A stretch of 62,746 nucleotides of DNA, the filler included, from Chiloscyllium plagiosum (lineage: Eukaryota), in assembly GCF_004010195.1 (NCBI RefSeq). It is 4 parts of one record of this genome, joined end to end, with 100 filler letters (N's around TTAATTAATTAA, not from the genome) between each part and the next. Parts side by side here need not be neighbours in the genome. Positions count along the whole stretch, not along the records: positions 1 to 26,612 come from NC_057717.1; positions 26,713 to 42,355 come from NC_057717.1; 2 more parts are not named here. One strand, 5' to 3'. Of this stretch, positions 25,056-36,149 are shown in pieces. The notes under the pieces were generated by a model that was not told the DNA's origin, did not search any database, and was given only the letters and a program-made list of their open reading frames with translations. Position 1 is the first letter of the stretch; the number at the start of each line of letters is the position of its first letter. Both the position numbers and the translations under genes were made by a program.

Positions 25056-26470
25056 ACTCCAGCTTGAGCAGCACCCCAGACACAAGCAAGGAAAGAATAA
25101 AAGAGTAATAATAGTAATGAAGATGTTAAAAGTGAATACTCTACCCATCCCCGACTACAATTTAACACTGGTTAATAGCAGAAAATTTCTTTGAGAGAAA
25201 CATAATTATCTAAACATCCATCTTACTTTAAAATGTCCACAAAGTTTTTGCTTTCTCTGGAGAGTCAGACGTGTGTATGGATGCATTGAAAGCAATATGC
25301 AGCACCGCTGGGTACAGTAAGGAGTACTCAATCCAGAGTTCCCTTACTCTTTTCTTGCTGCAATCAAAAGATTTTCCTTCCTGAATCACCATCGTTAAAA
25401 AGTCCTGAAAGAACATAATACTGGAGCCCTCGTGAATAAAAGCAATCGGATCTTTCCGCTGGGTTCTGGAAGATTCCATCAGTCTTTGATTATTCCCATA
25501 ACGCTGTAACCACACAAGGACAGGTCGAAGGCGTTGGTCTGTGTCTGACGTGCGCACCGTAACCCGATGAACTGTCTCAGTCTTCACCTGTCCCTTTTCA
25601 GTTTTGAAGTGAAGGAATCACAGCAGCCAGTTCTCAATAAACTCACCTTCCATCCGGTCCAGCAAACTGACAATGTGATCATTCTTCATCCTCCCCCTGT
25701 TGTCGAGGTCGTTGTAATGTTCAGTTAAGATATGGACCTGGTTTTCAAAGGCAAGGATCCTCTCCTGGGAGGAAAAGATCGCGGTCTCTGTCGCTGCAGT
25801 TCGGCCCTTGACATCATCTGTTCTGTTTCCAAGGCTGTCTAGCTTTTTTTTAGATTACTTACAGTGTGGAAACAGGTCCTTCGGCCCAACAAGTCCACAC
25901 CGACCCGCCGAAGCGCAACCCGCCCCAGACCCATTCCCCTACATTTATCCCTAACACTACAGGCAATTTAGCTTGGACAATTCACCTAACCTGCTGCTCA
26001 TGTTTTTGGAGCACGGTTGAGAGCGTCTCGAGCCACTGCTGAAACCTTCTTCAATCATAGCTTCAATCATTTCACGTAACCTGGTGAACTCAGTGACCAA
26101 GACCTGGTGAGTAACTGGGTCTATCAAACGAGCAGAGTAGGTTGCAGCTACAGCCTCAGGCATGCTCGATACTTCTGACGGGTCCCCCGCGTGTTGGGAC
26201 TTACTCGATCCTTTCCCGTGTTTTGTCATTTCCATTTGACAAAACGGGATTAGTAAAGATTCTGTTGCGCTTTTAGTGTTGAATTTTAAGTAAATACTAC
26301 GATGAGATGGGTTACAGAACCTCTGTTCCCCTGCTGTAATGGAGAGTCCAGAAAAGCAGACCTTCTGGATCGCTGCCATCTTGAATTCCCCTTAACATTT
26401 TATCTATATTATCATTTCATTTTGCATTATATTCCTGGATGTTCTGGACTCGTGTAATTTGATACCATTG

Positions 26471-27218
26471 ATGGAAATGTGTTGCTGGAAAAGCGCAGCA
26501 GGTCAGGCAGCATCTAGGGAACAGGAGAATCGACGTTTCGGGCATTAGCCCTTCTTCAGGAATGAGGACATCCTGAAGAAGGGCTAATGCCCGAAACGTC
26601 GATTCTCCTGTTNNNNNNNNNNNNNNNNNNNNNNNNNNNNNNNNNNNNNNNNNNNNTTAATTAATTAANNNNNNNNNNNNNNNNNNNNNNNNNNNNNNNN
26701 NNNNNNNNNNNNAGGTGTACAGGGACTGGCTGTCCATGGTGAAAATAAGGCGTTGGGGACCGGGGAAGTGAAAATCATGGAGCAGGTGGAGGGCGTGGGT
26801 GGTGTCCCGAACGTAGGTGGGGAGTTCTTGGACTAAGGGGGACAGGACGGTGTCAAGGTATGCGGAGATGAGTTCGGTGGGGCAGGAGCAGGCGGAGACA
26901 ATGCGTCGGCCGGGGCAGTCAGGTTTGTGGATTTTGGGCAGGAGGTAGAAGCGCGAGGTGCGGGGTTGTGGGACTATGAGGTTGGAGGCGGTGGATGGGA
27001 GGTCCCCCGAGGTGATGAGGTTATGGACGGTCTGGGATATGATGGCCGCGCCTCCCTTGTCTGCTGGTTTGATAGTGAGGTTGGGGTTGCAACGGAGTGA
27101 GTGGAGGGCTGCGCGTTCCGAGGGTGAGAGGTTGGAGTGGGTGAGAGGGGTGGGAGAGTTCAGGTGGCAGTTAATATCGCGGCGGCAGTTGGCTATGAAG
27201 AGGTCGAGGGCAGGACAA
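26471..27218 (-). mobile_element. Penelope-like element (RT fragment plus inverted terminal repeat) with 11-bp TSD
   Basis: Minus-strand translation of 26713-27215: NLTIKPADKGG...RFYLLPKIHKPDCPGRRIVSACSCPTELISAYLD...FTMDSQSLYT. TSD tgataccattg at 26460-26470 and 27219-27229; absent from the left arm (~2060). Confidence 0.92.
26568..26610 (+). ncRNA. Minimal type I hammerhead ribozyme motif in Penelope terminal repeat (inverted twin at 26520-26564, minus strand)
   Basis: CTGAAGA-A-GGGC/taat/GCCC-GAAA-CG-TC core with atc/gat stem I pairing. Confidence 0.7.
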
Positions 27219-28559
27219 TGATACCATTGTCTACATTTTCCCTACGCTGCAAATTGCTGCCGAATCCTCGATAATCCTTGACTGTTGTTATTCATGAACC
27301 TTCTGTTGGTGCCTCAAAAATATTCAATATCTCTGCCTCCACTGATCCGTGAGGAAGGGTGTTCCAAAGACTCTCAGCACTTTGAGAAAACAAATGTAAA
27401 CCTTATGATCTGAGTGTGAGATTAGTTTTTTTGTGTCTCCTTATCTGAGAAAGGATAAAATTACATTGAAAGCAGTTCAGCGATGTTTCATTTCACGTAT
27501 TCCTGGGGTGAAGGGCTTATATTATGAAGGTTTTGACAGGTTACCCTTGGAATGAGAATAAAACATACAAGACCTTGAGGAGAGTGGATTAGGCATATAC
27601 CCGCTTGGTTTTTGTCGAGTTCAAATTTGTTGTCATTGTCACAGAACCTCTACAGTGTGGAGGCAGAACATTCCGTCCATTAAGTCCGCACTGATCCACA
27701 AAACCGCATCCCACCTGGACGTGGCCCCCTACCTTATCCATGTAAACCTGCATTTCCCATAACTAACCCACCTAACCTGCGCATCCCTGAGCACTATGGG
27801 CAATCCACTTTAGAATGCACATATTTGGACTTTGGTAGGAAACTGGGGAACTGAGAGAAACCCACACAGGCACGGGGAGAATGTTCAAACTCCACATAGA
27901 GGGTCGCCCGAGATTGACATTGAACCCAGCCCCTTGGTGATGTGAGGAAGCAGTGCCACCCACAGATCCACCATACTCCTCAGTTAGTTCTTTTAGTAAC
28001 TTCTGGCTGACTAAAGTAATCTGCCTGACTTGTTCTTATCACTGAACCTAACCCAATCTGAGATCTTCATCATCGGCCATATCACCAACCTGGTTATATT
28101 TAAAATTTGTTGTGAGCAGTGGAGGAGTGGGACTAGAAAAAGAAAGAGTGACACCCTCCATCCTCGGTCACAACTGGAGTGAGAAGAAATTTACAAAGTG
28201 GGAATTCATTCAGTGGGAATCCTCTTTCCCAGAACTTTGGGATGGTTGAATCTTTGTATTACATAGAGGCTGGCTTCGGCTGATAGGCAGGTGAATCAGG
28301 GTGCAGTTTTTGAAATGTACTTGGAAAATCCAGGCTGGGTCAGGAAGTGACACTCACCCCCAATCTCTGTTTCCAGGCTTCCCCTCTCCGCAACGTCTGA
28401 TCCAGATGTGGGTCATGTTACAGACCCAGATTTGCTGTAAATACAGCCCCTATACCCCACCCAGCGCTAACCAAACAAATCCTCTGCTCACCCGAATGTA
28501 GCATTACACAACACAACTTCCGGGAAAATAACCAGTTACTTTCCAAAAGCATAACATGT

Positions 28560-29482
28560 GAAATTAATAAATAAGAACAAGAGTACGCTTTTGGCCCCTC
28601 AAGCTTGCACTGTCATTTAATACGAACATGGCTGATCTATTCCAGGGCTCGCCTCCACTTTCTTGCCAACTCTTTGTATCCCTCCACACCTCTCTGGGTT
28701 AGGGAATTCCCGACATTCACTACCTTCTGAGAGAAGACATCACTTTGCAACTCAGATTGAAATCGATGTTCCATATTCGGTATCTGTGTCCTCGAGTTCG
28801 AGACTCAACCCAGGAATGGTAACAACTTCTCAACATCTACCCCGTCAACCACTCTCTGTGTCTTGTATTTTTCAGCAGTATCACTCCTCATTCATTTAAA
28901 CCCAATGAATAATCACCTCACCATTTTAGAGAGTCTCAATAACACAAACCTTTCATCCCAGTACCTGTCTTTTGAAACAACCTAGTTACTTACTGCATCA
29001 GCATGCTGACTTAATGTTTCACTGGAAGACTACATTCCCTTGGTACTGTTCCTTTACTGGAAGTCATCTCCATTAAATATTAGCCTGTCTTTTGGTTCTC
29101 AGTGTCATCCACAAACTCGGTTGTATGTTGCACTCAACTCCCTCCTTCAGGCTATCATTATAGATTTAAATAACTGATGCCATCGGACTCATAGCTGTGG
29201 CACTCCAGCAGATTCATGAATCCTGACTCTCCGATTTCTATGTGCTAACCAGTCGTCATCCCATGATAATACGTTATCCACCATCCTACGAGCTTCTGTC
29301 TTGTGTAAGAACTTTTATTTTGTAATACCTTGTGGAAAATGTCTGGAAAGCCTGATGTCTACCAGATCGCCTTTATCAAATCCGCTTGTTACATTCGCAG
29401 ACATCTCCAGAAATACTTTGCATAATTTTACACGGAAAAGTATAATTTCCCTTTCTTAAAACCACTCTGACCCTGCGTGAAG
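28560..29482 (-). mobile_element. Decayed CR1 LINE
   Basis: Paralog of 1-550 plus further RT-like sequence (gtgtcatccacaaac reads FVDDT on the minus strand). Confidence 0.7.
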
Positions 29483-29982
29483 NNNNNNNNNNNNNNNNNN
29501 NNNNNNNNNNNNNNNNNNNNNNNNNNNNNNNNNNNNNNNNNNNNNNNNNNNNNNNNNNNNNNNNNNNNNNNNNNNNNNNNNNNNNNNNNNNNNNNNNNNN
29601 NNNNNNNNNNNNNNNNNNNNNNNNNNNNNNNNNNNNNNNNNNNNNNNNNNNNNNNNNNNNNNNNNNNNNNNNNNNNNNNNNNNNNNNNNNNNNNNNNNNN
29701 NNNNNNNNNNNNNNNNNNNNNNNNNNNNNNNNNNNNNNNNNNNNNNNNNNNNNNNNNNNNNNNNNNNNNNNNNNNNNNNNNNNNNNNNNNNNNNNNNNNN
29801 NNNNNNNNNNNNNNNNNNNNNNNNNNNNNNNNNNNNNNNNNNNNNNNNNNNNNNNNNNNNNNNNNNNNNNNNNNNNNNNNNNNNNNNNNNNNNNNNNNNN
29901 NNNNNNNNNNNNNNNNNNNNNNNNNNNNNNNNNNNNNNNNNNNNNNNNNNNNNNNNNNNNNNNNNNNNNNNNNNNNNNNNNN

Positions 29983-32090
29983 TGGAAATGGCTGGAATTC
30001 AATTGCAGATGAGGCAGCTTGAGCACAGAACGGAAGTAAAACAGTTTGAAATTTGATTTTATGTAGAATTAAAGAAAAGGAGAGGAAGAAGTGAAACAGA
30101 AAAAGAAAGAAGAAAAGCAGAAAGAGAGTGAGCTTCAAATTCAAATGTTATCAATTTGAGAGAAAAGTCCACTTAGAAGAGTGACGATGAAGGTAGGCGG
30201 TAGGCTGAAGGAGGAGGATAGTGAGGATGAGCAATTCTATGGTAGCCAAAGGCCTGACGGGTACCTGTTTAAATACATTCAGGAATTGTCTACATTTGAT
30301 GAGAAGGATGTAGAAGCGTTTTTAATTTCATTTGAGAAAGTGGCTAAACAAATGGAGTGGCCACTGACCATGTGGATGTAGTTGATCCAAACAAAGCTGG
30401 TAGGTATAAGGAGTGGGGTATTTGCATCCCTATCGGAGGAGGTATCTGACCAGTATGAGGAGAAAGCCATCTGAAGTACATATGACAATTTGCCAGAAGC
30501 CAACAGACAGTGTTTCAGGAATCGAAAAAGCGTCCCTGGTTAAACGTATATTGAGTTTGAATGAATCAAACAAAGTAATTTTGAAAGGTGGGTAGGGGTA
30601 TGAAAAATGAAGCAAACATATGGCACTCTGAGAGAGATTCTTATTTTGGAGGAGTTCAAATATTCACTTCCTGCAGTCGTGAGAACTCGTGTGGAAGAAC
30701 AGAGAGTTACAATGGCAAGATGTGAAATGGAAATGGCTGATGATTATTAGTTGGCCCATAAATCAATGTTTGGCTTCCGTGAGGGATTGAGAAGAATGTG
30801 CGAGATCTTCTTAAAATACATACCTGTGAGAGTAAGGTTTACTGGCATAGGCCAGGAGTACCAGGTAAAGGGTTACAGCATTAAGAGGTACCGAAGCATG
30901 TAAATCTTTTAAAGCTGAGACATGAGGAGATATATCATTGAGAAGGAGTATGAGAGAGATGTGACGTGCTCCATTATGTAATGTGTGGTCGGAGTGTCCA
31001 GTGAAACCATCAACAGAAATATTTCACAATTGGGAAGGAAGCCTTGAGCCTGGTGTTGGCGTTACAACATCTCAGAATTTAACTTGCAAATAACGTGCCT
31101 GAGACAAATCTATATAGGATCATAATGCTGAACCGTTTTTGGAAAAAAAAAGGGAGAAAACTTCCGGTCTGTTCAGATAGAGGTTATTATTGTTGCCATT
31201 CAATTATGAAGTTATACAGGTAACGAGATGAGAAACCGTACTTGCTGCCAAATTGTCGCGACTTGGATGAAGAAAGGCAGCGGTATTCTGTGACCAGAGT
31301 AAACTGACTGAAATAGAATGGAGTTATGAATGCTTCCATGCTTAGTGTCAATGCAATATATATGCATTGTAGTCTACTAAAAAGTAAGAATAAAGGGTTA
31401 AAAATAAAGCCGTCTTTGTATATTGATGATTCATTTTTTTCTCAAATGGGGATTTGTGACGATACTATCACTTTAAAAAGTTTATTTTCTCTTGGATTTT
31501 TTTTTTTGAAGAGGGGTCTTAAAGGCTGAGGTCAGGAACCGGCTACTGAAAATGGCTGAAGTAAATAACTGAGGAGGCTTTTAGATTTAATTATAACAGT
31601 GGGAACAATAGAAGGGCAGTGGCCAGCTCTCCCAGACCATATCCTCTCGTTTTGATTTTAGCTGTAACGTTCAGAAGCTGCTTGGGATCCCAGAAGCTTG
31701 GAAGCTTCGATACATAATCTCTGGATGCTCGTCTCTCTGAAATCGCTCTTGATGTTGTTTCCTCCTTGATTGGAGAACTGCATGTAAGATTCTGTGTTTG
31801 AATTTACCCTTTTTCCGAGGGGTATATCTATGGGATGTTCCTGTATTAGCACAGTTAATTAGTTGAAGGCACTGCATCTATTGTTTGAACAAGTGTTCCA
31901 ATAGAGAAGATTGTGTTTTAATAGAGCGTTTGAATGAATTGTATTTTGCTTAACATCGAGAGGTTTGACCAGTCACAACACATCTGGAACATCCAATTCA
32001 CATCTACGTTTTAAAAAAGGTAAAATGTTTTGAGGGTGTCTGATCTGTGCCAGAACATTTGTATCTGAGGGGCTTCTGTTCGTGTCCTGT
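29983..32090 (+). mobile_element. Internally deleted Gmr1-like Ty3/Gypsy element (gag, RNase H end, PPT, decayed 3' LTR)
   Basis: Gag: FDEKDVEAFLISFEKVAKQMEWP...LPEANRQCFRN...LREILILEEFK. RNase H end at ~31020-31270: STIGKEALSLVLALQH...DHN...LFR*RLLLLPFN...LSR. Purine tract at ~31509-31517. LTR end uncertain. Confidence 0.8.
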
Positions 32091-32299
32091 AATTGAAACG
32101 TCAGTGGAGGTGCTGGGGATGGTTTTCGGAGCTTGTGCAGTGAGCTGCCCCAGATATTCAGGGATAACCGAGAATTTGGTGAGCTTGGGATCTGTAGTTA
32201 CAGCATCTAGTCTGTAACATGAACAATAAATGGAGCAGAGGCTGCAGAGACGGAAGATTTGAAACCACGAAGTCAGTGTGTGTGGGGAAAAGGGTCTGC

Positions 32300-32580
32300 T
32301 GGATCCACCCTGTGCTTTTCAGGAACAACTTCCCAAGCTCCACTTAACCCAGGAGCAGAGTGTGAGGGGACTTAGTGAATAAGGAGTTGGTCACAGAGTG
32401 GTGTCACCTCCTTTAACACAACCTGCAGCTTCACACCAGGGGAAGGACGGTGCTGACTTTGTCTGCTAGGGTCACAGTTTTATTCAGCTTCTGTGATCCG
32501 GAACTTTCCGGGCAGGAGTGGGTGACATATTCATCATCGCCCAGTATCTCACCATCAATGTCACCATTCAGCGACGGTGG

Positions 32581-32614
<34 letters not shown>

Positions 32615-33150
32615 ATATACACATGGTGGATGAAGTGAATGTTTTCTCCTCAGCAGGGTGTATCCTTGTTTTCCCAAAATAGTGGGATCCCCGATGGTGT
32701 ACATAGCTCTGTGGCGTCCCCATGTGAATGGGGAGAGGTAGAAGAACTGAAGGAACTCTCAACTCACTAATGTTACAGTGTGCCCATGCACAGGACATAA
32801 TGTTAGTGAATGCCCACTGTCTTGGCAGCAGCCACAGCCTGTTCATTCAGAAAAAGTCAGCTATTCCCATCGTCCTCAGATCTCCATTTGGAAAGAAAGG
32901 ATAGAATCTTGGAAAAAGGCCATCCTCTTCGTACATGGCTCCAAGCACGTTCCCCCTCACCACTCCACACCGACAACCAACCACATCATAATGTCCCGTT
33001 TGTATTGACAGAATAGGTGCCACGGGGAACATCAGGGAGCAGACCATCAGTCAGATGGATCAACACTTCCCATGTCTGAATGGGCCAGAGTAAAACCTCC
33101 AGAACACGCTGTTTTACTAAGCCTTGTAATCCCTCTTCATTACAGGATCA
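32300..33150 (+). pseudogene. PIF/Harbinger (HARBI1-like) DDE transposase remnant with (TA)n insertion
   Basis: KELVTEWCHLL*HNLQLHTRGRTVLTLSARVTVLFSF..SGTFRAGVGDI, then ILEKGHPLRTWL...ATGNIREQTISQMDQHFPCL, following the HARBI1 motif order. Confidence 0.8.
32581..32619. repeat. (TA)n microsatellite
   Basis: Seen directly in the sequence. Confidence 0.98.
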
Positions 33151-33199
33151 TACTGCCTTACAAACTTCCTGAAACAGATTGCAGGTAGTATATTCCGTT

Positions 33200-34800
33200 A
33201 TATTCTAGCTGGTAAACTATTATTCATTGATTTATCTGTCCATGTCAATTTGCAGACTCTCCACATTCTCTTGATAACTTAATGTCTTGCCTATATTAGT
33301 GTCATCACCAAGCTCAGTAGAAGTACACCTGTTCAACTCCTCCTGATCATTGATATAGATTGTAAAGAGCTGAGGACCCAGCGCTGGTCACAGTGTGACT
33401 CCACTGGCTACGTTTTGTCGAACTGATTGAGTCTGATTTTTCTGGATGCCTGCTTCCTGTTTGATAACCAGTCCTCTCCCATTCTTGTGTAGCACAGTCG
33501 AAGGGCTGAATAAGAACGAGGAACAATCCAACCCCGCGAGCCTGCTCCGCCATTTAATACAATCATGACTGATGTCATCGTGGCGTCAGTCCCACTTTCT
33601 TGCCGCTCTCCTAGCCCATCATTTACTCAATGTTACAGCACCCACTGCACTCCGGAACAGTGAATTACACAGACTCACAACCCTTTGAGGGAAGTAAGTT
33701 CTCCTCACTCCTGTTTTAAATCTGCTCAGCCTTAACCTAAAACTACGATCTCTTGTCCTAGATTCCCCAACATGAAGAAATATCCACTCCACACCGACGT
33801 TGTCAATCATCTTAAGCATCCTCCAGACCTCAACGAGGTCTCCTCTCATTCTTCTAAACCCAGATGTATCGGCCTGAATTACTCAAACGCTCTTCAAAAG
33901 ACAAATTCATCTCTGGAATTGATCTAATGGACTTGGTCTGAACTATCTTCATTGTAACTACATCCCTCTGCAGCCAGGGAGATAAAAGTGTACACAGTAC
34001 ACCAGTTACGGTCTCACTAATACCTTGCAGAGTGGCAGCAATTCTTCCCTTCCTTTATACCATATTCGGTTAGAAGTAAATACTGAAATTGCACTTTCTC
34101 ATTCCCTGCTGTACCTGCATGTGAGTTTTCTGTGGTATGCACATGGACACCAAGATGCCTCTGCACGCAAGCACTCTGAAGTTGCTCTCCATTTGCATAA
34201 TAAATTCGATTCCTCTGATCGAAATGGATAATCCCATACATATGCACGTTAAAGTTTATCTGCAAGATGTTGGCCCGTTCATATAAACTGTTCATGTCCA
34301 TGTGTAAATTTTCTACATCTTCATTGCATCAACCTACTTCGCCACCTGTTTTAGTATCAGCTGAACATGTGGCTGTAGTGTTTTCTATCTTCTCATCCAA
34401 GTATTACAATAGATGGCAAATAGTCGGGTCATGTGGTCTGAACACTATTGAACCCCAAAAGGTGCCAACCATGAAACGAAACAACTATTCCATCTCTCTG
34501 TATTTTATTGGGTCACTAGCCCTCTATCCAAGCGAATGACGTCCTCCCAAACTCATGCCCTCTTATTTTGCACCTTAATCTTTTGTGCAGCGCTTTAATC
34601 AAAGCTTTCTCAAATTCCAGATACTTTACGCTTCCAGGATCCCTATCGTCTACTTTGCTTGTCACATAATTAAAGAACTCGAACAAATAAATTCTTTTAA
34701 ATACCATGCTGATTCTGATGTATTCCATTTTGACTTTGCAAATCTCCTGTTGTTAATTAATTAATAGTGGATTCTCACAATTTCCCTTAGTTTCCAACAG
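33200..34800 (-). mobile_element. Old CR1 LINE fragments
   Basis: ORFs 33619..33849, 34017..34301 and 34516..34728 resemble the CR1 RT C-terminal region (RGDLVEVWRML, YLEFEKAL). Confidence 0.75.
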
Positions 34801-35049
34801 TTTGCTCACTAATTATATTCGTTACTGAAGATGATTATCCTAATTCCTACCCTTTCAGTAACCTCTAATTTCCCTTTCCCGTGTTCCTGTGTAACAGGCA
34901 CAAAGCTTTAAAAGATCTGCTCCAATCGCTGTGTAAGCGGCATGAATGTCTGAATGGAATAATTCTGTTCCTGGTTTACACACTCGATGGACTGAATGTC
35001 CGCATCGTGTTCCTGCATTATAGTCTCAATGGACGAACATCCTGATTTA

Positions 35050-35700
35050 CATATTCAAGACCTGCTTCTCCTCCTTCTGATGATACGTCAGGAGCTTGAA
35101 GGCTTGTGAAATCTTCCTGTTGCTTTGTAACTTTTTGAGGAGCTGAAGGGTCACTTCATATTCCTTCATAACAGGCTCATACTGAACAATCACCTCCTGC
35201 ATCCCTGAAATGGGATCAAGGAAGTGATTGGTCTTCTCGGGTTCCCATGTATCAGATATATGTGTGAGTAAACTCTTCCATTACACAACAAATCTCAAAT
35301 AATTTTATCCCCTTCTCTAATTCTCATGCTGAATGACTTCTTCCAGTCTCTTCCAATTCCTGTGTTACAGACTTGAGGAGGCTGAATGGGCTTATCCTGT
35401 TGCTGTGTAACAGGATACTGGTGCCTCAGTGTTATTGGATCGAGGAGCTGATTGGCCTCCTCCTGTAAATCTATATCATGCTCCATGGGCTGAATAGCCT
35501 CATCCTGTTCTGGTGTAACATGGTCGAAAGTTTGAATATCCTTCTGCTGTTGCTGTGTAACAGGCTGGAGAAGTGGAATGGATTCCTCCATTGGCTGTAT
35601 AATTGTTTTCTGTTGCTGACTCCTTCTGGTGCTCTATGTAAAAATAGGATCATCTTTCACTCTCATAAAATACAATGGGCATTGGATCAACCTTATCACC
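35050..35700 (-). repeat. Degenerate ~42-bp tandem repeat (14-codon period)
   Basis: ORF 35295..35591 reads LQPVTQQQQKDIQT/FDHVTPEQDEAIQP/MEHDIDLQEEANQL/LDPI...; similar units continue in other frames to ~35050. Confidence 0.7.
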
Positions 35701-36149
35701 CTTTCTTTATATTTTAACACCTTAATTGAAGTAATCAGTTGAGGGAACCATCTCTGAGCTTCTTCCAATATAATAATATCCTTTCTTCAGTCAGGAGACT
35801 AAATATGTACACACGATTCCAGATGGGATCTCACTAGGATACTCTACAGCAGCACCAACACTTAACCAGCCTGCTGTAAGGTTCCCACCCAGTTTAGAGC
35901 AGTCTCAGCTGTCTGCGGAAAATACACACATTGCTGAGAGACCATTCTCCTTCTCTTCTCCACCAGCATAACGGGAGATCTAGTGAAAATACCACGATGA
36001 CACTTGAGAAGAACGAATAACGTGACGAGATTATTTCAATGTCCACAAAAGCCTCACAAAATGTCTCACCTGAATCTACCATTAATCTCCCCAGCGGTCA
36101 CATCGCTCAGATTCAACAGAACCTGGTAAGGTGGAGCTTCGAGACAGCA

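Larger units (their letters stand above)
20200..26395 (-). mobile_element. L1 copy in right arm (3' end deleted)
   Basis: Minus-strand ORFs 25957..26379, 25228..25587, 24328..24579, 21907..22164 (YADED) and 20264..20680 mirror the left-arm L1. Confidence 0.92.
17094..29100 (-). repeat. Right arm of large inverted segmental duplication
   Basis: Reverse complement of 1-14413 with arm-specific indels: it lacks left 840-990, ~5020-5240 and ~9465-12100, and gains a Penelope at 26471-27218 and duplications at 22918-23697 and 24792-25055. Confidence 0.95.

Noticed and set aside
26657..26668. TTAATTAATTAA island inside N-runs (also 42400-42411 and 54109-54120)
   Set aside because: Identical six-frame stop linker in the middle of gaps; an assembly artefact.
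32400..32640. Apparent Ig-domain motif LTI.NVT..SDGG.Y
   Set aside because: The same bases read far better as HARBI1-like transposase in a consistent frame series; the Tyr run is a (TA)n microsatellite.
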